From assembly GCA_051530055.1 (NCBI GenBank), contig CM121343.1, forward strand, positions 3,628,389 through 3,692,388: 64,000 nt of DNA, written 5' to 3'. The translations under genes and the position numbers were made by a program. The notes beneath the pieces are model-generated. The model was not told the origin of the DNA. It saw only the letters and a program-made list of their open reading frames with translations, and ran no database searches. Shown here in pieces: positions 25,237 to 38,428 of the stretch; within the stretch, counting starts at the first letter, position 1, and each line of letters begins with the position of its first letter. The stretch comes from Neoechinorhynchus agilis (Eukaryota; Animalia; Acanthocephala).

Positions 25237-25925
25237 GGCGAATCTTGTCCCCGGTGTCATCGATACTCATTAATTTATTTTCGAAATATTTCACAAGGTT
25301 TTCCTTTCTCCTTCAGTCGCTATTGTTTGCAAGTTTTTTCTTCACAGTTGAAAACAATAGCGACTGAAGAGGTAAGGAAAACCTTGTGAAATATTTCGCA
25401 ATTAATAAATGAGTATCGACAACACCGGAGGCAGGATTCGCCAAGACACCAACTCACACATTTAAAACTTACAAGCAATAGCGACTGAAGAGACAAGGAA
25501 AACCTTGTGAAATATTTCTCAAATAAATGAGTATCGATAACACCGGGGACAGAAATCGCCAAGACAACAACTCACACATTTAAAACTTAGAAGCAATAGC
25601 GACTGAAGAGACAAGGAAAACCTTGTAAAAATTTCTCAAAGAAATAAATGAGTATCTATAGCACCGGCGGCAGGATTCGCCTAGACACCAACTCACACAT
25701 TTAAAACTTAGAAGCAATAGCGACTGAAGAGGCAAGGAAAACCTTGTGAAATATTTCGCAATTAATAAATGAGTATCGACAACACCGGAGGCAGGATTCG
25801 CTAAGACACCAACTCACACATTTAAAACTTAGAAGCAATAGCGACTGAAGAGACAAGGAAAACCTTGTAAAAATTTCTCAAAGAAATAAATGAGTATCGA
25901 TAACACCGAAGACAAGATTCGCCAA
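25237..25925 (+). repeat. One inverted plus five tandem units of about 120 bp, each with a minimal hammerhead motif
   Basis: GCGA CTGAAGA G RYAAGG-AAAA-CCTTGT GAAA TATT TCGC at 25360, 25481, 25599, 25720 and 25841 (units 3 and 5 have GAAA>AAAA). Inverted copy at about 25237-25330. Confidence 0.9.
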
Positions 25926-26412
25926 CGTACAATAAAACGAAATCTTAGATTTAAACTAAATATTCCTTTTAACTTTTATCAGCATTCATCTGCACTCGTG
26001 AAGAAATCGTTCGCTGAAACTGCATCCATAAAACTTACAACTAAAAATTTAGAATAAAAAGTCATTTGTAGCAGTAATAAAAAGTGAATTTAGGCAGATC
26101 ATAGGGTTAAAGTCGCTACTTTTTGTCTACGTTGGATCTCATGTTCCAGTTAAATTAAAAACTATGATTTTGTAGCAGTTATGTTGCGATAAGGGTGTCG
26201 TGGTTGTGATTTAGAATTCCAACGAAATGTTTGCGATTAATTGCAATCGGAATGTTCCCGTTCAAAAAATGAAAGTTTTTAAATGTTTTATCCATTTCAA
26301 ACATCAGTGACAACTGTTCCATTCCACCTATAAGTGTTGACTGAATATCGAAACGTTTTAGGATTTCGTTCATACATGTTTCTACGGAGAAGTTCATTAT
26401 AGCTACGGGTCT

Positions 26413-27420
26413 CTATTGAGGCAAATAAAGGCTCATAACGTTAGTCGTCTTTCTTTGTGTTCTATAGAAGCTCCAGTGAGTGATTGCAAGAAAAGTGAAC
26501 AGTTCGCAAACTAGGCAAGTACAATCAACAGTGATTGCAGTGATGGCCATGCTGGACATTGATTTTTGTTGATATCTCATTGAAGCTTCGAATAAGATAG
26601 GTGAGCGTAGAATCGATACGAGACCAAGAGCAACGAGGGTTAATGCCACATAACGCCATCTTTGATGTTTTGCGAGTCCAAAGACTTCTATTTTTGCCAA
26701 AATGGAAAGTCCATGCTGAGAAACAAAGATACCTAAGCAAGTGTTAACTCTATTTGTTAGCAAGCTGTGTTTATTTTCCGTATTGGAGCATCTAATTAAT
26801 TCGTAAATCAGCACCGATGACATGATATTGTTAATGATTGCTAGTGCAATAAGCAGTGACAAAATTACAAAGATCGCTATTGGAAGGTAATCAAAAAATA
26901 CTATTGACGATTTTATGTTTAACATTGAATACGATACTGCAAGGTTAGCTGTAGATATGATCCAATCGAAACTCAGACAATTGTACGACTTAAGACCTTG
27001 TATTAGAGCTATACATGAATCATGTTCGGAAATCCGTTCAGACTTTACGACTGTTATGAACAAAGTATAACTTGCAACCAAGTGAATAATATCGGCGATT
27101 GGCAATTGGTTTTGTCGTATTACAGGATCCACGCGAAGAGCGAAAATTATGTATGAAACCAATAGGAGCATTAAGATCGCAAATATAGTTGGGCGATGGA
27201 AGGATATCGAAAGAGTTAGATAGAAGAGAAATAAAGCACTTCCAAAAATATACCATATACGCCAAAGCATTGCTTTTGAGGACTGATTAGTTGGATGTTG
27301 CATTTGTAATGCAGATCTATCAGAAGCGTGATGATGTGACCTGCATTCGAACACGTCCATTAGGCTAAAAAGGCAGACATCAGCCTCAGACAAGGATCGC
27401 ATAACCGTCGGATATTTCAT
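26413..27420 (-). CDS. Orphan multi-pass membrane protein (335 aa)
   Basis: Long intact ORF with several hydrophobic segments. No family recognised. Confidence 0.5.
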   Translation of the reverse strand: MKYPTVMRSLSEADVCLFSLMDVFECRSHHHASDRSALQMQHPTNQSSKAMLWRIWYIFGSALFLFYLTLSISFHRPTIFAILMLLLVSYIIFALRVDPVIRQNQLPIADIIHLVASYTLFITVVKSERISEHDSCIALIQGLKSYNCLSFDWIISTANLAVSYSMLNIKSSIVFFDYLPIAIFVILSLLIALAIINNIMSSVLIYELIRCSNTENKHSLLTNRVNTCLGIFVSQHGLSILAKIEVFGLAKHQRWRYVALTLVALGLVSILRSPILFEASMRYQQKSMSSMAITAITVDCTCLVCELFTFLAITHWSFYRTQRKTTNVMSLYLPQ

Positions 27421-27914
27421 TCGGTCTCGATACTTGATACCTGACAGTACCGAGTTCGGCTTTTGTCTATACAGCTTAGTCTAAGAAAACAAGTGATCGG
27501 TCTTGAGTGACTACCAATAAATACTCCATTTCTAGTAGTATCCAATGAGTTTAGTAGATGGTAAAATCACCACGTTATCCATTGCGTTGAGATTGACTTT
27601 TTTGTATTATATTGATACATCTGAGGGCACACAATTTATTTAATTCAAATGTACGCATTTTAAGGTCACTTTTAAAATTTAAATGTACGAACAGCTGAGA
27701 GGATCGATTTTTCTGATAATTTAGCGGCATGATTATCAACAAATGAGAACTAATTCGTTGTCAGAAAAGATTATCTTTCATATGCTCATTTGAATCTCGC
27801 ACTTAAATTCGGAATGGGAATTTAAGATTATGTGCTTGCAGTTTAATTCGTTAACTGATTTTTTTTGCAACATCGCCAATTCAGTTATGAAATAAGTGAA
27901 AAGCCATTGTTTTT

Positions 27915-28066
27915 AAAAATCGCTTGTTTTTCTGACAAAAAATTAAAGGAATTTATTAAACCCGATAATTCATCACAATCTCGTACCTTCGTAAAATTGA
28001 GACTGTATCGAAATATCTGATTTAATAAATTCCTTTAATTTTTTTGCCATAAACAAGGCTTTAAAA
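27915..28066. mobile_element. Palindromic MITE-like element (AAGGAATTTATTAA family)
   Basis: AAAAAATTAAAGGAATTTATTAAA / TTTAATAAATTCCTTTAATTTTTT inverted arms. Related ends at 38.0 and 42.7 kb. Confidence 0.6.
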
Positions 28067-28793
28067 AATACATTCGACAGTAGACAAAGTGGCTCACACC
28101 AAAATGAAAATAATAATTTGATAGGTCCATTGGTTACATCTTAAATTTCACGTCATTCTCCTATTGGTTATTTCAGCAGCAGCACTGCTTTAAATTTGGG
28201 TCTCAGAATCGTTGCATTGTTATACCTTTAACGCCCAGTTTATTGAATTAAATTACTTTTTGAATATTTTTTCTCTCGTCTTATACATCTTATTTTAAAT
28301 TTCGATTTCTCCGTTTAAAATTTTACTCATCAAAGTCAGCACTTTCTTACTACCATTTAAGATGATCAAATACATTATTTTTCAATTCGATTTGGACACG
28401 ACTTACTTAAAATTATAAACGACTGTTGGTGATCGTAAATTGAATTTAACTCCGGCAATGAACATGATTAATTTATTTTGGTTTTACATATGCGATTGAT
28501 TCGCTAGGGACGGTTCTTTCATTATGAATATTAATTTGATTAAATACATATTGTATATTTTGTCGCACTAACGAAAACCAAATCGTAAATTAAGCAAAAA
28601 GTTAACTTAATATAAACACGATGAGTAAAATAAACGACATTTTACGAAATTTTACTATAAAACTTACCGAGTAATCAAGGAAAAATTACAAGAGACAATT
28701 AAAAATGAAGCAATATGCAAATCGCCATTTTCTCCGCACCGTAATGATGGACTCGGCAATCCATGCATTTATTATACAGATTATTGTGTAACT

Positions 28794-29543
28794 CTATCTA
28801 TGGTTTATAATACTCTCAAGTCCGATTGCATCGGTGACGTCACGGGTATATGTTTCATTGGATGCCTCTCTGATTGGTGTCATGATTGAGGTACTACGAC
28901 TGGCAGTCAAAGCAGCTGGATGGTGCGGACCGTTGAGACTTGCCGCGAGAATGAGACTTATAGGATTCGTAGGAGCAAGATTCTGAGGCAATTGAGCGTT
29001 TATCGATTGTGCTGTTTGTGGAATTTGTTGAAAGGCGGCGAAAATTGAATTCATCGGTAGACCGGTCGTGGAGCTCAGTAGCGCTGCGAGTGTGACAGGA
29101 TTGCAAAGGAATCGAGTATCGATGTTATTTTGTTGATCTAAGATATAAGCATTATTTAGCGGTTGTCCCCTATCACAGCTATGGCTGATCATATCATTAA
29201 CTGTGAGACCTGTTCTTGTAGGTTGTTGGATGTCGTGTTTGGGAACTGCATTATTATTGGTTCTGCTGCGACCATCTTTCATAACACCGGTTGACCGTGC
29301 TCTTCTCCGCGGACGATATTTATAGTTTGGATGTTGTTCCATATGGATCTGCCTAAGAAGTTTGGCTTTTTCTACGAATGGCCTTTTCTGTTCGTCTGAT
29401 AACTTTCTCCATTCGTCTCCTAAGCATTTACTTATTTGACTATTGTGCATTTTAGGATTAGCTTGAGCTAATTGGCGTCTTCTAACGCTGGACCAAACCA
29501 TGAATGCATTCATGGGTCTCTTAACATGCTGAACGTCAGACAT
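28794..29543 (-). CDS. SoxB-type HMG-box transcription factor, intronless
   Basis: [13 protein letters not shown]...[17 protein letters not shown]...[11 protein letters not shown] is a Sox group B HMG box. Confidence 0.92.
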   Translation of the reverse strand: MSDVQHVKRPMNAFMVWSSVRRRQLAQANPKMHNSQISKCLGDEWRKLSDEQKRPFVEKAKLLRQIHMEQHPNYKYRPRRRARSTGVMKDGRSRTNNNAVPKHDIQQPTRTGLTVNDMISHSCDRGQPLNNAYILDQQNNIDTRFLCNPVTLAALLSSTTGLPMNSIFAAFQQIPQTAQSINAQLPQNLAPTNPISLILAASLNGPHHPAALTASRSTSIMTPIREASNETYTRDVTDAIGLESIINHR

Positions 29544-32500
29544 GCCAAGTGCCGATCCAACCGTGTGTTTTTTTATTTACTTTTGGAGAGTTATCTACAT
29601 GGGAGCGAGAGGGTTTTTGTGGTTATTCAAAAAAAACTGTAAATGGGACGCTTCACACAAGAGATGTGCTCCTCCTGACTGGTTACAACAACTGGGCTTA
29701 TGTTGGCTCTCTTCCATCGTGTGTCTGTATATATAATAATTAATTTATGTTTGACATAGGCGATGTATTCAGCAGCAGTACACAGGGATGAAAAGCGCCA
29801 CTTCTTATTGGTGGAAGGAGATGGTTGGTAAAGGCGTTGATGCCAGAACAACCAAAGAAACGAATAGGCATACTTAGACTCGATTTACTGCACCGAGCTG
29901 ATTATTGTCGGGTTACTCAAGTGTGAAAAATGAAACCGGGCTTTTATGTAGTGGCACGCGCAAAGCACTTGCTGAATAAGCCATGACAACAATTGCTGCC
30001 TTCGTTCTTTTTATCAAAGAGTCGACAATGTCATAGCACACTAATTGCCTTAGCGTATTCCACCACACACACACAATCATTGGCTACAGTCAAGTCGGAA
30101 ACCCATACGGTCTCAATACGAAGGCCATCGATAAATTCAAGCTTGCTGAAAAGTACAACAAAAATATGCAGCATGGCAACGAAGAAAATCCAATTAACAG
30201 ATAGAACTAGGTTATCACCTTTGATGAAAAATACCGGAGACGCCACTTTCCTTCCTTTGTCGAAATTGGCCTCATTAGTTAAAGTACTTTTAAAATTATT
30301 AAACTCCAATCTGAACAAGAAGGACTACCAGTTGTTTAGTTTTCGTTCAATTGGTAAAACTAAAAATGAAAGAAGAAGCACATCGATTTTTATAACTAAA
30401 GTTTATTCCTCTACTCACACCTATCACTATTAGTTACCAAAAGTGCCACAACCTTGCAAATAAGTTAAGAAAGCCGATCGTAGTTATGATGACGATAATT
30501 TCATCGCCTTCATTGGCAGTCACTTAATACACTTGAGATTTGAATAACTAAAGAGTCATAGCAGCACATAGGCATACGTATTGGTATGTGTCGCACAATT
30601 GCTTTTGCTCGATTACATCCGGTACATAGTCATTAAAATGTTATGGAATACAAGTGCAATAACAACACGGTGGAGACTATTTCAAGCAAGTTGCATCCGG
30701 TACTTCTTCATTCTCGTCTGCCCAGTCGTCAAGTAGTCTAATCGATCATTCAGACTGAGCACACTTGGTAATCCTAATTTGGACACTTAGCGCACCCATC
30801 CAAATCCACACACACACACACAACTTTTAAATCTAACACCTCTCGCCCGCTAATGTGGACAATCTTTAACCATATAAATTGTTTTAACGTCTCTCATCCC
30901 TTGATGAATAGTAAAAGACGCATAATAACACTATCGAAATTAGTTCAAATTCATCATTAAACATTTATCGTGAACTTTGAGTGTCGGCAATATATCTTTA
31001 TTTAAGAGTTTAGTGCGTGTTCGAAAATTGCCTCGAGGGAATCGTTCACTTATAAAGCAACTTTATTAGTCAGTGCAGTGTTTGTTTGCATTCATCACAA
31101 ACTTCTTCAGTCCTTCGAAATTACGCGTTCTCGCTTAAAATAAATAATCACCAACCAGGCGACCCTATGAAGCTATGAAATTTTCAATCCTTTAAAAAAA
31201 ATTGCGTACGCCAATGTTGTAAAAATAAACATTTAGAATACCAGAAACAATGCTGATAGGCCCTTTTCTAAAATACACCATTGAAATCAAACACTTTCCT
31301 GCAAAGCGAAACAAAGTACAAATAAAAGATTTAATTATTTGCGTTTTTACTATTTCTCTTGTACAGATTTCTAGCAAATGCTTAGAACTAAAATATTTTT
31401 ACATCTCGCCAATATGAAATCATTTAGGTATTCGAATCGAACCACACATTAAAATCAATTTTACAGTATCCACAAAATGGTATTCCGGAGCACAAATTGT
31501 TTCATATCAAATTCAAGTCCCTCGATCATCGCAAAAAATTTTGCGAGCTATGGATTATCAATCACCATTGCAGCAAAAAATCTTTAGTCATAGTGTTAAT
31601 GTTTTTATCCGACATGAATAAGAAAAACAGTGTGGTAGAAAGTAAGGTACATAAATGCTCAATTTATAAAATTTGGTAGTCGACGAATGTTTTGTCAGTT
31701 GAATTGGCCAACAATATCGCTATTTTCGCCAATTTTGACAGACCGCTTAAGTGCAAATATTTTTATTAAAGCCAAAATGTGCACAATACGTTCAAATTTT
31801 TGCTTTGAGGTTATGACTTTCCGTGATGCAATTTGCAGTCGGCAATGATAGATTTTTACCTCATCTGCAGTAAATTTGATCATTTTTTGGCGATCCTTAT
31901 ATCCTGAGTTTCGTCACTAAATCACTTTACTGTGCGACTGTCTAGCTAATTAGCAAGGCGTCGTAACCTCATTGGCTGAGATCAATTAAATATGGCCCCA
32001 TAGATACGTCGTCAAAAAATAATATGCGCTTCAAAGTTGCATCAAATAAATTTAAAGAAGAGTGAAAGTTAAATTTCACTTGTTTATAATTTGAATCGTA
32101 ATCACTTGTCGATGACATTGTATGCGAATTACCAACATTTTTTATTATACTTGAAACTTTATATGATGAGCATAAATCCCAATTTCGAAGTTTTCTTTGC
32201 ACAATCACTAAAGCGCATTTTACCTTCAAGCAAGTAAAATTGATAGGAAAGCGATAGTCCTTGGAAGTATTTTATTGTACAATCCTTTGCGAAATGAAGT
32301 CACGGTCATCTTAATGGATTCTATATTATTAGATAATTCTAAATGGATTCTATAGTTTTCTTCATAATATATTTATACCAGCGATCGAATCCTCGCCGTC
32401 TAATTTTGGGAATCTTTAATTGTCAGATAAACAACCAATTTGTTGCCTACAAAGAAAAGGGGGAAAACAAGTAAGTTGAATTAACTACTTTGTTATTTAA

Positions 32501-34223
32501 TTCAACGACCATCGAAACAATTCCCGGTACAGGTTTTATCGAAAAATTGATGCTTTAAAAAATCGATTTAAAGATTTTATAATACACGAGATTTAGCGAA
32601 AAGGGCTTTATTATATTTAAGGTGAAATGAAATCGATTTAGCACTGCAGCAAATGAAGCGATTCAAGTAAATGATGCAAATAAGATTAATGCAGCGGCAC
32701 TGTCGACGACTATTGATAGCGACTGTTTAAATCCTTAAATGATCCTTGTAGGTAAGATAAATGAAAGGTAAATAATTCTTAGGACCGTCGATAAAGTTCT
32801 AAGACGTGCATACACGCTTTCGTGTATTTAAATTGCGTAAGCGCACAAACTTTAATGCGATTTAACTGAGTGAAGCAATTATTAAAAAGGAAATCTAATT
32901 TTAGTCATCAATTATGCCGCCTTCAATATCATCCAAATGTACTTGGTCTCTTATATTCAATTATTTTACTTTAAATTATTAAACACCTATATTTTTTTTA
33001 TTAATTACAGACATATTTTTCGTTGTAATTCTGAAGTATTTAATCGCGAATACTTAAAATAAATTTATGAATATTTAAAAACAGCGGCAACGAAAAATTA
33101 ACGCAACGCCGTGTTATTCGCTCTTTATTTTCAGATAATTACGTAATGCCAATAGAAGCACAGTTTTCAGAAAAAGGGTGAATCTAGAAATACATTTTTC
33201 TAAAACGACAAATAACAATATTGAAATTAAAGCAACAGTCCATTTCTAAGACTGACCAATTGAATGTAATGTTTCATAAAACATTATACAATTCTCAGGA
33301 TCCCTTCCTTTAAATTTGGTGAATGCTGATATAATTCCCAATGAAGAGGCGGTACAACGTCTCGATGTGAAGGTTATTTCCGCACACTTGACTATAAAAA
33401 ATTGATGAAGGATCGCAAAATCCAAAACGGGATTGTAACATATTGTAGAAATAATTTATGATTGAAATACTATTCGCGTACCAAAAAGCGGTCCATTCTC
33501 CGATCTACTAATTGTCTTAAAAATCATTGTAGCCGTTTAATTCCGTAGGATAAAATATGTTTTGTCGAGATTAATGGAGTTGAGAATGGTAATTTACTCA
33601 AAACAATGAAAACCAACAGGCAGGGATAAAAGATCGTTAGAATTAAACTCGAATTGTCATCACATGAATAAAAATTCCTCACATTAATTTTTAATGGCGG
33701 ATTACGAGATTAAATTGTTAAATCTATCGGTAGACTAAATACAAGTTTCCACTTAACAATAAATTGCATAAATGTTATTAAAAGAGTTTCTTTTTTCAAA
33801 TTATGAATTAAAGTAATTATTGTCATAGCTAAAAATGCGTTGGGCGATTCAACCGAACGATAAACAGGTATTCTTCAACCCAATATCTTATTTTTAACTT
33901 AATTCATATTATTCCTGTAAGAAATTAAGACGGTTCTACACAAGCTTTCATGCTCGCTAAAGAATTTGATAATACTTAAGCAGACAATCCACGTTAAATC
34001 CAATATTACCTATAGTTCAATTTTTTTATTCAATCTGCGTCTAAATGAGAATATTTAAGAACCAAAATCACGCTAAAAAATGCGGCAACAAGTTCTTCAC
34101 GTTTTTGCCTTCTATTTGTTTTAGGCAACAAATTAGAAAAAATGGTCAATCAGCAAACATCAGGGTTTCGCAATTTCTGATTCCAAGAAACTAATCAGTT
34201 GTGTTCAAACGAACTCATGATAG

Positions 34224-34266
34224 GAGCCCAGTGGCCGTGTGGTGTGCGCGTTCATAATGCGCTCGG
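34224..34266 (+). mobile_element. Isolated tRNA-like head of the SINE family
   Basis: AGTGGCCGTGTGGTGTGCGCGTTCATAATGCGCTCG matches the array head. Confidence 0.75.
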
Positions 34267-34656
34267 AATAAAATGGAACATTTTTGATGGATCGATAATT
34301 TCGTCACGTTGCACATTCGGCGTAGATGTAAAAAACACAACTAAAAAATTGCCCACTATAACTCGGTTCGTTCATGCGCGCTAATGTAGTTGGGAACAAA
34401 AATTGCGCTCTAGCGAAACCGAAGGAAGGGGTACCGCCAGATCCAAGGGATATTCGAGGGAGGATTTTGACAAAGAACAACAATGTTAGTTTGTATGTAA
34501 GTTTAATGCTTTGATCCTCGAATAGGTCTTGAAAATTTCATATCTTTAAGCATGATGGTGACTCTTCGAACAGGCTAACCAAAAAAGCCTCGGTTGACAC
34601 CAGTACCTTATATAAACAGACTCTATCTAATGCATCAAATGCTTTTTTTTAAAAAC

Positions 34657-35080
34657 TCAATCGTACTTCACCGTCCCCAAGACGCTCGCTGCGTTTCCTC
34701 GCTGGATAGCCAAGGATATGTTCTGCACTAGGAACGAACGAGCCCTCCTGTCATTGGTCGAGTTGATCAGGCGATGCCCCAGTTCGAGAACAAAACTCCT
34801 CGCCGCACGTCCGAAAGCTCCTAAGGTTTCCACTGCGAAGGGAACGAAATGATGAGAATTCGTAAAATCAGCGTATTTTGCAACCTTACGGAGCTCAGCT
34901 GCTGATGCGGCTCCCCCAGCCCCGGAGGATGCATCTCGCAGATTGTTGGCTGCAAGGGAGTCGACGCATGTTGCGTCCCATAGGAGACATCTCCCCCTGC
35001 TCCAAGGAAAAACGGTAACTCCATCCGGCCTACGGCCATCGATCCTGCAGATGTTGCTAGGCTCGAGGATATTCGGAGGC
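34657..35080 (-). mobile_element. C-terminal restriction-like endonuclease domain of a CRE-type non-LTR retrotransposon (5'-truncated; not in the ORF track)
   Basis: Manual translation: ILEPSNICRIDGRRPDGVTVFPWSRGRCLLWDATCVDSLA...AELRKVAKY...FVPFAVETLGAFG...SLAIQRGNAASVLGTVKYD*. Confidence 0.85.
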
Positions 35081-35635
35081 CTTGTTTAAGTCGAGTTGAA
35101 TTAAGATTTTGTTACAATATTTTCTCTCATTTAAATTATGAAGATTAGCTAAAAGAGAGTGAACTCCCCGATGTCTGATAAATCCATGAAAGTAAGAGGG
35201 AATCAAATTATGAGTTTCTAAAAAGTGAATTAGTTTACGATTTAAAACCCGCTCTAAGCATGAAATCAGAGGGGTTTGAATAGAAATGATCCTAATATGG
35301 TTTGGACTTGAGATGGCTCCTTTTGATTTAGGAATAAAAACTTTTTTCACCACGTTAATTTCTAAAAGATCCTCAAAATCAATTCTTTGGTTGATAAATT
35401 TCCTAAATATAGTTGTTCTAGCTTGAGTGTTCAGAGATGTAAAAATCCTTGGAGAGACAGATAGGAAGTTACAAGCCTTAGATATGTTGGTCTTTGAAGC
35501 ATTCAAAAGCTCCTCCATTTTAAAATTCCATCTAAATTTTTCCCACGAGCGAAGGGAAAGCTTTATTGCTGACCTATAACCCGATGGTTTAAGAGAAACT
35601 ACATTGCGTCCAAGTTTTATGAGCGAAGTGTTCAT
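35081..35635 (-). mobile_element. Non-LTR (APE-type LINE) RT fragment, N-terminal RT motifs
   Basis: IRIISIQTPLISCLERVLNRKLIHFLETHNLIPSYFHGF...LDLNKA resembles RPISL..KxLE..QxGF..LDxxKAFD. Breaks off at LDLNKA. Confidence 0.75.
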
Positions 35636-36636
35636 TGTTCAGAGTAAAAAATTAAACCTTGACGGAGTATTGAGCTACGATGCAAATAAATACAAATGTA
35701 TTCTTCTAAAACAATCGTATCAATTCTATCATTTAATGAAGATTAACTAAAAAATCTTTTAAAGTTTCAACGACCATTGCACAGGGAATTATCTATCAGT
35801 AGCTGCAATCTCAAAAACGGCAACTTTTCACCATGCAATCAGCGAAGTAACTCCTTGCGAGTATAAATCCTGAGTTACGCGATTGCATAGTCGAACAACG
35901 GAATAAAATGAAAGATTTTTGATGGATCGATAATTCCGTCACGTTGCACATTCGGCGTATATGTAAAAAAACACAATGGGAGGATTTTGACAAAGAACAA
36001 CAAGGTTAGTTTGTATGTAAGTTTGATGCTTTGATCCTCGAATAGGTCTTGAAAATTGCATATCTTTAAGCATGATGGTGACTCTTCGAAGAGGCTAACC
36101 AAAAAAGCCTCGGTTGCCTCTGGCTGTTCAATACTTTTTTCCGCCTAGCTAGCCAAAAACTTTCACCTCTCACCTCCTACCGAAATGATCCGTCTTACAC
36201 TTTATTGAATGTTAACAACGTCCTTAATACATTAACCAATATCTTTCTATTTCGTACGGTCAGATTTTTCTCTCGTCCAAATGATAGTCGATCTCTTCGT
36301 TTTCTTGGACGATAACTTTTTCTCCCGAAGCGTTCTGGAGATGCATACTGGGCAGCTCGATGTAGGCAAAAGACACAACAACGAGCAAATCTGCTTGCTA
36401 ACTTGAAGTCCTTTTTTGTTAGCGTTTGAAATCGTGACGTGGAAATCGGCTGCATCGATTTTCCAAAATGTTCGGTTTCCACCTTTTGTTCGCATGAGTT
36501 ACGCGATTGCATAGTCGAACAATGGAAGAGCAACATACCTTGGAAATCGAAAATTTCCGGTTGGATAAAACCGTCGACTTTAGATGATATTTTGAAAGCC
36601 GTCCTAGAATTTCATTCTTCGGGTTCTATCGAGCAT

Positions 36637-37600
36637 CAAAAGCAAAGCTTTGTAAATTGATAAGTAAAGATCGGATTAATCATTGCAAGATATCTTTCCT
36701 ATTCGAGAATATTGGGACAATTTCTCTCGGTAGCCGAATTTAGTTTTTTCTACCGAAAATGGATATTTTTAAGCAGATTAAAAGAATCTACAATATTGAG
36801 CACATGAACAAAAGCAAAGCTTTGTAAATTGATAAGTAAAGATCGGATTCTTAATCATTGCGAGATATCTTTCCTATTCGAAATATTGGACAATTTCTCT
36901 CGGTAGCCGAATTTAGTTTTTCTACCGAAAATGGATATTTTTAAGCAGATTAAAAGAATCTACAATATTGAGCACATGAACAAAAGCAAAGCATTGTAAA
37001 TTGATAAGTAAAGATCGGATTCTTAATCATTGCAGATATCTTTCCTATTCGAAATATTGGACAATTTCTCTCGGTGCCGAATTTAGTTTTTCTACCGAAA
37101 ATGGATATTTTTAAGCAGATTAAAAGAATCTACAATATTGAGCACATGAACAAAAGCAAAGCTTTGTAAATTGATAAGTAAAGATCGGATTCTTAATCAT
37201 TGCAAGATATCTTTCCTATTCGAGAATATTGGGACAATTTCTCTCGGTAGCCGAATTTAGTTTTTTCTACCGAAAATGGATATTTTTAAGCAGATTAAAA
37301 GAATCTACAATATTGAGCACATGAACAAAAGCAAAGCATTGTAAATTGATAAGTAAAGATCGGATTCTTAATCATTGCGAGATATCTTTCCTATTCGAAA
37401 ATATTAGGACAATTTCTCTCGGTAGCCGAATTTAGTCTTTTCTACCGAAAATGGATATTTTTAAGCAGATTAAAAGAATCTACAATATTGAGCACATGAA
37501 CAAAAGCAAAGCTTTGTAAATTGATAAGTAAAGATCGGATTCTTAATCATTGCGAGATATCTTTCCTATTCTAGAATATTGGGACAATTTCTCTCGGTAA
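36637..37600. repeat. Tandem array of about 5.5 units of about 172 bp
   Basis: AAAGCAAAGCTTTGTAAATTGATAAGTAAAGATCGG recurs near 36640, 36812, 36983, 37152, 37327 and 37503. Confidence 0.95.
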
Positions 37601-38022
37601 CCCTACGATCGTTTCTCAAAAATATTTTTTCGACGAATGAGATGCTACAATACGTCATTATTAGCAATATTTTTAAAGAAAAATTACTCACAGCCTATCA
37701 TCCTTTAAGGAACCAAATTACTTTCGGCCAATACGCACCGATACGTCATAAGGGAAAATCCTTAAGTGAAGTTTTATTCGAAATGATTATACTCGGAAGA
37801 ATTGACAGTTGTGTTTATTGCCGTCAAATTTATCGATTGTGACATTCTCCAACAGTTTTTAGTGAGTTGAATGTTACGTCGTTGTGGGTTTCCAAAGTGG
37901 TGCGAATTCGCGTCTATCGGGGTTTTTATTAGTGCTGTTGTGCTAGATGTTGATTTTTAAGAATCGCCAATGAATTGCATGTTTGAAGATTGAATTATTC
38001 ATGTCCTTTTTTTATAGCGATT

Positions 38023-38183
38023 GAAAATTGAAGAAATTTATTAAGACCGATAATTGGGAACTAGAATGAGTTTTCTTAAATATGAGCTTACATATTAGAA
38101 AACTCACAAGGAACCTTGATAAACGCATACAAGATTGTACCTTACCGAAAATAATCGGTCTTAATAAATTCCCTTAATTTTTC
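38023..38183. mobile_element. MITE-like element with inverted ends of about 29 bp
   Basis: GAAAATTGAAGAAATTTATTAAGACCGAT vs reverse complement GAAAAATTAAGGGAATTTATTAAGACCGAT. Confidence 0.65.
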
Positions 38184-38428
38184 ACCGTTATAAAAGATGA
38201 ATTGCATTTTGTTGCTTGAGCTGACATCATTGGCTACTTTGTATCGAACGGCGACCAATGACATTCACGAGTTTGGTTCATTTTTAATAAACACGTGCGT
38301 GATTCGTTATAATTTTCGAATCGGCCGTGTTGCGCGTTTTATCACCATGTTCGATATATTTTTCTAATTAAAGAGCTATTGAGCTCTATTTTTTTAATTT
38401 CAATGAATGCCATTTTGCAGATAAGATT

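Noticed and set aside
25360-25925. CRISPR array (regularly spaced repeats of about 40 bp)
   Set aside because: The intervening sequences are copies of each other rather than unique spacers, the context is eukaryotic, and no cas genes are present.
29993-30433. Overlapping 146-aa and 95-aa ORFs
   Set aside because: They start at non-ATG codons, show no motif and are within chance expectation.
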